Below, in pieces: positions 48,201 through 60,200 of a DNA stretch of 64,000 nt. Under the pieces are notes generated by a model that was given only the letters and a program-made list of their open reading frames with translations, was not told the origin of the DNA and did not search any database. The DNA comes from Phoronis australis (Eukaryota > Animalia > Phoronida). The position numbers and the translations under genes are program-made. Location: assembly GCA_002633005.1 (NCBI GenBank), contig NMRA01000491.1, positions 648-64,647 on the forward strand. Direction: 5' to 3'. Within the stretch, counting starts at the first letter, position 1; the number at the start of each line of letters is the position of its first letter.

Positions 48201-51200
48201 TTAACTTCTTGAAATCTCAACGTGAAAATTTATATCAAATAAAATTTGAGCATGTTATTGAAAAGTTGTTTAGCTATATATTAGTTTCTTCTTTGCTAAA
48301 ATTTAACTTAGAAAGCATGGTCATGTGTCCCAATTAATAATGGATACTAGGAAAAAAGTAAAAATATAATTCTACCTGCTTTCTACTTTCAGATAATACA
48401 CACCTTCACTGAGGTAAAATCAGAGTTTTGCAGACAATTAGCTAAGTACACACAGTCTTGTCAGTATGGTCCAACATATCCAACATAAGATAATGTTGTT
48501 AAGGTGTAAGAAGCCATAGAACAACTGAGAATGAATTGAATTTGAGCAAAGGATGCTCGATGAGTAAAGTTCATAACATGGATTCTTTTTCAATGGTTTC
48601 AAAAAGAAAACAGGACAGAATAAAGCCAGATATCAGAGCCAGAATACGTATGGTATATTCGTGGAATGAAACGTTTGGAATAGAGAAGACGAACATCAGA
48701 AAATTGCTAGAAGCGTAGAGAGAAACAGCAAGTGAGTCGGAACAAATTGTATGAAAAAAAGCAAAGAAGTGCTGCAGATGACTCAAGCAAATTATGACTG
48801 TAACCCATAGAAATCTGGTCACAACCATTGCAGCGGGACAGTGAGTTCACACATACTAGCATGACTCTGGTCGGTCTAGTCACAGTGAAGCAAGGCTTAA
48901 TGACCCAGCCCTCAGCCACACTATTGAACGATTCAAACAACTAAATACACAGGGTGGTTCAAAAATACAATAATTTCCATTTTTGAAACAACCTTCTACT
49001 CTATAGAAGCACACAGCATCAATTTCTTGGGAAACGGAGAATGTTGTGCTAAACGAACAGCCAACAGATGTCACAAATGAATTGCCAGCACATTAGTTTG
49101 TTTGGGTAAAATGTTCATGTTAATGTAAGCAATGTCTAATGGTGCTTTCCCACTAACGTCACAACTCCCCTGTTTTGTAGAGTTGTGATTGAGAATCCAC
49201 TCCTCTCAACACAAATGGATTAAATGGCAGACTTGGAACACTACCCTGCTGTTGAAAGGTGAAATATAGCTTGACAGGAGTTATCGCTAGAGGTCTTGAC
49301 ATGCATACAATCAAAAATTTTAGTCAACTATGCCATCTGGTGAGAGACTACATCGCCATCTAGTGATAACTCCACTGTCGCTGGTTAATAGGAATCTGTA
49401 GAAAGTTAAAGGCGAGTAGCAGTGGAGTTTTGACAAGTCGAAGTTTCACCGGTGGGAAAGTGGCATTTAGTGCACGAATAACGAACAGTACATCCGACAT
49501 CCCAAGAGGCTGACAACCAGTCTACAGTGAACTATGGTGGGGGACAATTATCTATTAAGTCCACCTGTCCGTTGTAAAACATGTGAGAGTAAACACGGAG
49601 AACTGACGTCACCTAAAACATAATGAGCATGACAGTTGCGTCTCAGAGCTATGGCCTTATTGTGTCAGAACTATTCACAAATATCTTATCACACACGGGG
49701 CAATGGGACAACCACTTACCCAGCCAACGAGGTGACCAGCTGCCTAGCCAAAGGGCGACCAGCCACCCAGCCAAGGAGTGACCAGGCACCCAGGCAAGGG
49801 GCAGTGAGCCAGACGCCAAGCCAAGCGATTCAAACATGACACGCCTACTGAATAATATGTTTGTTTATGGTACTGTACCTTAGCTAGAAAGGATAACAAC
49901 TTTATACATAGTCGAGTGTTATACATATCGCATCGTTTGCTGAAGCGCTTGTTAATTGTTTTTTGAATTGAATTAGTCTAAAGCCATACTTATTGTTTGA
50001 CATCGCGTCACTCAATTATCAATCAAAAGTCTGATTATATTCTAACAATTGATGAGCATAAGCGCGGTGCAGTCATACAATCAGCAGAACAGACACCTTG
50101 CTAATAAAGCAAAAACTTCACATTCATTAACAGTCTGGCCTCACAAACTGCTCCTACTTTGTTAATGTTAAGTTTCAACTTCATTCAAAGTCTAACTTAT
50201 TACAAAAACAACAAACAGTAAATTTAAATACAGTGTACATTGCTGTTCATCTGAGAGCCCACAAGCCACACCACTATAAACAATATGCAGTCATTGCAAA
50301 GTATCCATAACATCTTCACAAAGCCAGAATTGCCACAGACACAATCCCTTAAAGACAACTATGACTTTGAGTTTCAATAAACAACCTTATGCTTGCTGCT
50401 ACAACAACAAGTCCAGTACAATGGCCTCACACCAGAGGCCAAGATCAACAAACTTGACCCCAAAATTGACCAATCAGGTAGTAAGATTCAAGTAAATTTC
50501 CAATTATCGTCCAACGTGATTGGTTAATTTTCAGCTGAATTTGAATCAAAGTTAGGTCTCTCCAAGTCCTTACCAGCTGTTTTGGACTCGTCAAGTTGTA
50601 CAAGATACGCTCTGCATTTTCACTGTCATGTCGACTCTCCATGATCGCTAACAACAGTTTGGACGCATTGTTCTGAAAACACAAATTTGCACTTAAATGC
50701 CAAAATTCACAAGCCTTCGGCGATTTCCAAAAAAGTAGACTTCAGTTGGAGAAGATTTTGATAACATTACACAAAAAGAGAAACTAAAATGCCATTTTAA
50801 TAACAGAAAGGGTCATTGACCAGTTGAGTGCAGAGACAACAGATGGAGTAGTTGTTAATCAGTGACTCCATGATAATGAGCTTTTAATCTCTTTGTAATG
50901 TACAGCTGCATTTAAAGTTACTTTCCACAACAAACAATAGTTCAGAATCTGCGTAAGTATAATTGGTCAGACAAATACCAAGTTAATATTAGCAACTCCT
51001 AGTCACCTTAAGGTCCAACACCAGGTCCATACGTCGTCGCCCCAGAGGGTTAATGTCATTAGTTATGAGTGCAATGATGATGTCAATACCATTACTCTCA
51101 TGACTCGCGATGGCGTTCTGTTAACGAGATGAAAAAACAATGAAAAAAATGTCAACCAACTCTCTGGACCAGCATGTTACAACTTTCACTTTGGTATTTC

Positions 51201-54200
51201 AGCTATTTCTCAAGCGACGCCCCTTTCTCACACAATTCATGTTCCAACCCTTAACAATCCTTTAGCCAGCTCTGTCCTCACTCACTTCTCAAGCCACCCC
51301 CCTACCATACAAGTTTATGAAGCATCACTACCTTTATCCACCAGTACCTAAGCCCAACCACTTTCCTCAACAATCCTCAAGCCCAACATAATCATCAAAA
51401 GACCTTCACACCATTCACCTTCTCAAATCCTGACATAATTAATAAGCCCCGCCCAACTCAATCCACAAGCTCCAATCCTTCCTCCCATACACCTCAAGCT
51501 CTTCCAATTCCTCACCTGGCTCTCATGACATGGTCCCTGGCAGTACTCAATCAGCCTTCCCAATGTCTAATTGATGGTCCTCACACCATTCTCATTGAAA
51601 TCCTAAGCTCCACCTTCACTTCAAACTGCATCCCTTTCCTCACGCTCCTCAAGTCCCTCCCCTTCCTCAACTGGCTATCATGACATGCTACCTGATAGTA
51701 CTACATCACACTATACTATTCTTATTGACAACCAATTGGAAGCCCCACCCCCTCCCCAAGCTCCACCGCCTTCCTGACTCACTCCTCAAGCCCCTCCCCC
51801 TACCTCACCTGATTCTCATGACATGGTCCCTGACAGTACTCGGTCAGACTCTCCAGTGTCTGGTTGATGATTTCCACATTGTTCTCATTGATGTACAATC
51901 CCAGAAGTCCCAGTCCGCCAGTTGTACTGCCGCAGATCACATCCAAGAACTGAAGAGTCTCACACACAAGATTGTAGTTAGCTTTATTGTTCTGATGGCG
52001 CAGATAGTTCTGAAACAATACAACTACACATGAATAATAAGGAACACAACCATGAATCCATTACTAATGAAGACAATGCCACAGGTAAAACAAGCACAAA
52101 GAGATTCCTAACTTGGCATGAAACTTTTTTGGAATGCTTTTTGGCCAAAATCCTGCTTAGTATCAAGAAATGAAATTTACCCAATGAGTCTGAACAGTAC
52201 TACGCAATAAAAATGAGAAGAATACCCACCAAGACATTCCTTTTTGTACTTCCCTTGTGAGAACAAACATATGATAGCGCAGTGTCGAACCAGCACCTAA
52301 ATGCAGGACTGCCCTGAACGCTACATGTCAGGAGTGCACCTCCATACCCCCACATTAGAGCCTCACCTGCAGTTCTCTGTTATGGTTCTCACATAGTAAC
52401 TGCAGAAACCTAAGAATGGGCTGCATGACCGCTATCTCCGGTGACATCTTCTTCTCCTTTTCTTTCTCTTTCACTAGAGCCTTTTCTGCCACAATCTCAT
52501 CATGGCTGTGCTGAGCGACCGTGCTGTCCTCGTGCTCCCGGTTGAGCGTACGTGACACGTGAGCGATGGCCATCTGTGTCTCCTGTGCTGCCTGGTCCAG
52601 TTCAGCTTTAAGCTCTTCGTGGATAACACTGCCATTCTGTTGAGGACCTGAACACACACCAACGTTTGGTGAATCTTTTAGAAATGTGAGCAACGAACAT
52701 CAACGGTTGTTGAATCTTTCAGAAATGTGTGCAACAAACATCAGCGGTTGTTGAATCTTTCAGAAATGTGAGCAACAAACATGAACGGTTGTTGAATCTT
52801 TCAGAAATGTGAGCAACAAACATCAACGGTTGTTGAATCTTTCAGAAATGTGAGTATCAAATAAGTGGTTATAATTTACTCTCCAACTATTTTATACAAA
52901 AATATTTGTCAAAATCACCGCATTTCCATTTTCTTAAAGGCTGATTATTTTACTGCAAATAATGCAAACTTTGCCAAACTTTGTTTTTTAATAATCAACT
53001 TTTCATAAATATCTGTATTTTCATGGAGAATTCTCACAAAATAAAATTTCACTCGTTGGTCCTATTGTGTGTTAAGTGTCGAATTACCGCATGACACAAA
53101 ATTTCACATGGCAGCTGATGTTTCAACACCAATGAACAAGGTTTCATTCAACTCACCAGCTGTTGACATTGACCATCCTATCACACACAACCTTATTTAA
53201 ATTTATAAAACCTTACACCAGGAAGATAACTCAAAGTAATACACTAAATTTTTCACAAGGAGATAGCTGACGGCACATTAGGAGACTTTTCATAATGATA
53301 CTCTCTAGAGGAGGGCAAAAAAGTGACTTCCGATTGATCACGACTCATATTTGGTGGATAGAAATTCACAGTGGTCCATTAATTTAAAAGCAGAGGGATA
53401 AATTCCACTGTCAGCCCCTCCCACTGTTTGATTAGATTAAGTTCACCAAATAAATTTATTTTAGCTTTCTTACATCGGCTGGTATTGAAATTCTCAAGCT
53501 TTATTAGTCGCAACCACTGGCTTTGTCGCGGATATTTCTTCACAGAAGGAAATGTATGGATCACAATGTTCAGGCTCGTACATCCCTTGGTATTTCAAAT
53601 GGTTTGCCTTTTCAATAAATTATTAGTACATCCCACAGCACTGCAGTAGAAATTAGCCACCATTATAATGGCACAGCATTATAATGGCACAGCATTATAA
53701 TGGCACAGCATTATAATGGCAGGAAAGGTGTCAAGACGCTTTTTATAGCAGTAAGTTGAGCTCCCGTTCGTAACACAAGAGACCTGTGAACGCTTGTCCA
53801 CCAAGGACCTGATTGTCGTCTGGCAGGCTAATCAATTTCATTATGGCGCAGCTATTTCGAAAGGCACCTATAGTATCATCAGGGCCAAGCAGACCATGCA
53901 GACTCTTGAAGTCAATTGGTTATAGCGTTTACTTTAGGAAACTTGTTTGTTCTCTCGATGACCGGACGACCGTGCATATCCACCTGGCCTATGTAGGTCT
54001 TAATTGTGCTGCTACCTACTTTTACCAAAACTATGCCTTACAACCACGTTTAAATCAATTCCTCAACTGGTGATCTTTTGTTGGCCTAGTGACCTTTGCC
54101 CTCACCTCGTTTGCCCTGTGACCCTTCTTTCTGAACAGCATCACTCTTTTCTCCTTCTCTCTTCCCAGAAAACGTGTCATTAGTGTTGACAGTCTGGGTT

Positions 54201-57200
54201 GCCTTCAGTTCCGTCTGAGCTCCCCTGATTCTGTCGTAGAAAACTTTGAAGAACGTCTCCGAATTCTTGTCGGTGGTAAGCCTCATCAGCAATGACCTCT
54301 ATCAGAATAACACATTGAGCAGTCTCAATTCATTTATTAGGAAGACATTCCAGTTCAACCAAAAGTTCCAATCACTACTAAACCTCTTATCTGAACAAAC
54401 TGTTCATTGAATGGACAACTTAGTCGATATTCACCAGGTGACGCTGATGAATAATGCTCCTATTCTTAACATCTGAATATAGAGCAGAAAGCAGTTCTTT
54501 TGCATGGGTGTGACTACCTAATGCATGGATTTAATTTGCAGGAAGGAGCGTTGTTACACTGGCACCACCTGGTGAATTTATTCAAAGTTGCCCACCAGGA
54601 CCACACAGGCTCGGTAGCTCGTCTGCTTACTTGCAGTATGAGAATAACTGGACACTGGTGTTGACCATCAACCACCTGTAATCATTCATCTCTAGACAAA
54701 TCCTGGCAACGTTAAAAGTAACATAGATCAAGTGTAAGTTCTGTATACGCCAACAGACATGGTAAGTCGGTCATTCCCACAATTCCTACCTGTATAGTTC
54801 CATTTCCTCCCTCCAACAGGGCGATGCCCAGTTCCACGGTTTCCACGAATATCTTGTAACTAGGCTTGGCCATGATCAGGTCAACAACAAGATCAGATGC
54901 TCCTTGGGCATCCAGATGGCACTGCAATAAAGGGATATCATGAAGTCCGTGCACTTTGATAAAACGAAAGATATGTACATGATAGGAGCTTAATAATTGC
55001 TGTCGCAACTACTGTAGATAACTAGGAAGGCTTTAACTTGTTTCTATTAACTGTAAAAGGCAGGCCATCATGAAAATCCAAGGCACAATGTAAACAGATA
55101 TATTGAAGTAGTCTACAGATACACTGGAGTAGCCTACAGGACGCTTATAACCTTCAACAGAGCATCTACTCTAATACGCACCAGATCCCCTAACCTCGTA
55201 CAAATCATCATGATGATAGCCTTTGAAAAATCTCCTAACTTTCACCATAACCCCATAACAATAACCAAAATACCAGCTGTTCTACATACCGACTGAACCT
55301 CACCAGACCCTCATGGTCTTCAAGACCACCCAATGTTCATTACACCATCCTGACCTTCAAAAGACGCCAACCATCTTCATCAGTCCTTCACACTTTTCAC
55401 CAGATCCTTTTGACCTTCACCCCAGACCGTCTTGACCTTCACTCACTTACCTGTACTTCGTACAAGGTCATGTTGGCTCTCTTCAACCTCTGGGCACCCG
55501 GTCCATGGACTATCGCGCTGTGAGACTTCTGCAGTACACTCAAGTCCTGACCGGGCGTCAGGGCATCTTTACGATCCTTGCGCGTCTTATTATAACGCTC
55601 CTTGTAGTAGCGTTGCAGAAGATTCTTCCTAAGAGCATCACCCTACAACAGTCATTGGCTAGTTTTTGGAAATAAAAATATAATGCAGTGCTCACTGGCC
55701 AATCATTGGGGAATGCTGACAGAGGGCAATTCGAATTGGTCGATGCCTGTGGAATGTTAAAAAGAGGCAGTTCTAATTGGTCAGTATTTTTGAAATGTTG
55801 ACACAAGGCACTTCTCATTGGTCAATGTCTTTGGAATGTTAACAGAAGGCAGTTATGATGGACAGATGTTCTTGGATAGATCAGCATTAATGCAACAAAG
55901 CCATTAACAAGACACTCATGTTGGGATGTGAGCATTCAGGCTTAAAAAGCTTGAGAGCAGGGAAACTTGAACAGGCTGTTTCAAAAATATGCACCACACT
56001 TGAAATTGCAATGCCTCTATATAAGATCCACAATTTTGAAATACATATTGACTTTTGAGGTAACTAACGCATGAGTAAAACCAAATCGATATCTGCCAGC
56101 AGTGACAGATATTACCCTCCATGCTCAAAATAGAGAAACCATCGTCCATTGCATGAGGAGAAAATACCAAACCTAGTTGAAATTTCCCACATAACATAGA
56201 ACCGCATGACGTGAGTGTGGAAACAAAAGGTGCAACGACGTTTATACTAAGTAAAAAATAGGATACTCCGAGCATTTAGACTGCACTGAATAACAGTTAC
56301 CAGTAGATACTCCGAGCATTTAGACTACACTGAATTACAATTACCGGTAGATACTCCGAGCATTTAGACTGCACTGAATTACAATTACCGGTAGATAAAA
56401 GGTGGCTCGGTTAGTCTACATTTATTCAGCACACAATATGGCCGACAAGTTAAAATCTATTTTGTCAAATTTCTTCAAAAAAATAAATACGTTTACGAAA
56501 ATTTTAGTCAACGGTAATTCTAGCAAAGTTTGTATTGCATGCTTCTGTCTAGTAGATGTCATAAATGATCATTTGGTAAATAAAAGTTTCCAACACATGT
56601 AGCAAAGTAATGAGCTTTAATTTGAAAAACGGAAAAATACAATTTTAGCAATTAATTTTTATGCAAGATAAGTCTGAGAATTATGAGAGTTTGTAGAAGA
56701 TTGACTTACAATTTATTTAATACTTTTTTTCAAGATCAATGTTTCAATTAGAACCTCCCACAACAACAAGACCACAATTGAGAACTTCATAATAGTATTG
56801 GTAACGCTTTTAAGCCGTTTAAAACCATACTCTACACAAAAATTCTAGTCTTTTAACACAATCTTTAAGAAAGCTAAAAATTAAATGTAACAAAACTATA
56901 AATTAAAAGTTGAATCCATCAACAACACTCATTATCATTGCAAGTGTTCTGAGGTACTAACTCAAAAGAACAAAACAGCAGGATAATAATATCAACAATG
57001 AAAATTCAAGCCACATAAGCCAGCAAAAGCATAAAAATACAAAGCTTGTGTAACAAAAAATTTTAACTGTTGACACATATACTTCATGCCGAGTTTCCTC
57101 GATTCTGTGCTGATTGTTAGTTGGACAATCTACGCTATACGAACACTTAATGTCAATGGTTATCAAGGCAATGTGATTATTCTAAAGCTAATGGTAACAG

Positions 57201-60200
57201 TGACATACCAGGTATAAACGAGGTGTCGCTACCATGACCTAGTGCTGATATTGCAAACAAAACATTCGTGCAATAATGTAAAAAAAAGAGTTAGAAAATG
57301 GAATATAATTAATAAATAACATTCCTAGCATTCAATTAAGAAAAAAATAAGACACCTGTAGTTAGATAATTCCCAGAACATTTTGGTTTATTTACACCAG
57401 TCTCATCACCAGCATTTCAGTGTAGTGGAATTGAATTAGTCTTAATAGGCACAATGCTGGACATGGAGTATGGTTTCAGTAATTAAATTTACCCAGTATA
57501 AAAATATTACATTACTATTGTCGAACTTTATGCTATAAGGAAAACCCCAAAAATTTCAAAATTTAGCACTCATGAAATAAAGTTGTTTAAATTAAAAGAA
57601 ACAAAAGTAACAACATGTTATTTCATGCTCTTGCAAGGAATAAAGAATACTTAAAAAAAAGAAACAAAAGCTTAAAATAGAAAATTCTGAAATCAAAAGA
57701 AATCGCTCATAAAAATTATTACTACCAAGACACATATCACAAATTTTTGTCCGACCGATCGGCTAGGAGTCGATGACTGACCGTTGACCGGACAGCAAAT
57801 TAGTCGGGAAAAAATTAGCCGACGGGCAGCCGGCCGCAGTGCCGACTCATAAGGTGACCCCCCAGCCGACTCTACTGCTGACCTTAATTGCCGACTGGCC
57901 ATCAGCTGACCCGCTCAATACACAGTGGCACCTTGCTGTATTTTGACATACAGCTAGCTGGCTTGATAGGAAGGCTCTAACTTTGAAACGATTTTTTACT
58001 CCGAAAGTGACAACAAATTCATAATGATGATGGATCATAGCTGACACTATAACCGATCACATTTCTTGTTTTTATGCGCCCATGACCATAATATCTATGC
58101 CATGTTCAAACCATTGTTTATGTTGCTCCTAAAATAACCTTTTGTTCTATTGCTGAACCAACATAATAAGAAATTGTAGAAAAATAAACAAAAGCGCAAT
58201 ATACAGCGTGATAAAGTGATGATCAAGAGCAATAACGGATGAGCGCAAATGCGTGCTACTTGTTGAGCATTCCCCGGCATCACAACACTTGAGGTCGTAA
58301 AACATCCAGCGTTGTATTTTGATTTTTATGCAAATTTACTGTAACATTTCAAATTTTTTAGTTGTTAAAAATTTTTATGCATAAAAGTCTTATATCTAGA
58401 ATTCAAAATCATGTTTCCGCGATATCATTTAACGTTTGAATTTACCACGCTGTCAACAATTCAACATAAAGTTTGCGTTGGTGTAATTTCCCACAATTCG
58501 TATTTGTAAGTTGATTTGATTTACCACCTTTCAATAGTTGAACAAACGTTGATACACTGATGTCAAGACCGGACTGGCCACTGGTGAACGAACAGCGAAT
58601 GTCAGTTAAATGTTTGTTTGGCCAAAGTTCACCCGCTAAGTCATAAAATGGTAATTGCTGACCAAGGGCACGCATAATCCGAATTGGTCGTCTATGCCAG
58701 GTGACCACTTTGCCGACCGAAGAGGCGACTCAGCAGAAGGCTCCTAGCAGACCGTTGTTGGTCGGCTGCTGGTCGGCTATACAGATGGCCGGTTGATGAC
58801 TGGCCGTCGACCAATTTCCGGCCGGTCGGACAAAAATTTGTGATGTGTGCTGTACAATAATCTTCAGTTGGTGAAAGCAGACCGAGCAGGGAAGAATTCA
58901 TCACAGTTACACAAGCAAACCAAGCCCCAAGAAGCTAACACTCAAGTGACATCATGCATGGCCACTGAAATATAGTGGGAGACATTGCTGCTATCTAAAC
59001 TCAATGCTGTTTCCACGGACAATCGTCACCACGGTAACAGCGTTGTCTTACCCTCTTAAGGTCGGCAATCTCTTTTGAGCTCATATTCCGCAGGTCAACC
59101 TTCAAGTAATGTTTACAGCACATGACCCAATAGCAAACACAATGACAGGAGAGGCCAAAGTGCCCAATATGCCTGGCCATGCATACAGCTGGAATAAGAA
59201 GCACCTACCCTGACACCAGAGGGCTCTCCCGTAGGACGGAGATGGCAGGAACATGTCACCAGGTACCTTCTGAGGGGGGGGGGGTTTGGGGGGGAACTTG
59301 CTCAGCCATGCATAGTCGATATTTTGTTAATTTGCTCAATCGCGCATCGTCTCAGGTTGGTATTTTGCTTGTATGAATGCTACGCCTTCTTAGGTGTGGA
59401 TTCAGTAGAGTAAGTTAATGGGCAATGGTAATGTCATAGTTTCAGGTAGGCACTTCTATATTACCGTATAAACTTATTCAGTTTGGGACACAGTAGGGCA
59501 GACGAGTGAAATTTCATTATGCCAAATTTCTCAGCAACAACAATTTTTCAGAAAAATTCACTCTGCTTTTAGGATGGCTTGTATGGCGTAGTATGGTAAA
59601 AGTCTAAGCATCTGCAACAATGTGGTAAGTCTCCGAAAAAATAGAAATATGGAAATCCTAGTAATTATTTTTGACCCTTATTGAAGAATTCTTTGAGACT
59701 TTAATTTGGTATTGGCTTGAGTACCCAAATATCTGGCTTGCCAGGCATTGCACGAGTAAGCATTTTGAACTTGCCGTGACCCCCACTACCCACTAAGTGG
59801 ACGATAACTCCAAGAGCCACTGAGCCATTTGGTAATTATATGGCAATGCGTATTAGCAACAAGAACAGAACAGAAAAGATAACAACTGTCAACAATCTTT
59901 CAAAGCCACATTCAGTGAAGTCAACAAGGCCAATTTGAAAATCAAACGAGTCAAATTTATTTTAAGGTTAGAGAGAATCAAGACAAAGAAATAATCGTTT
60001 CAATCAGACCATATGTTAACCCCACCTGTAAAAAAGAAAATTCTTAAAAAAATAAATAGTTGCTGCATGAAAAATAGAATAAAGCCAAAAATGGAAGATT
60101 TTAAAGATGGTGCACACTTGGCTTAAAAAACTGTTGACTTGTGATAAAATGTTTAACTGCGGCATCAGCGGTGATGTCAATACTATGAGCAAAGTTCACT

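Noticed and set aside
59209-59269. Another AG..GT-bounded segment in the SII-equivalent intron ([20 protein letters not shown])
   Set aside because: 61 nt breaks the frame between phase-0 exons and has no homology support; it would need an unproven partner exon.
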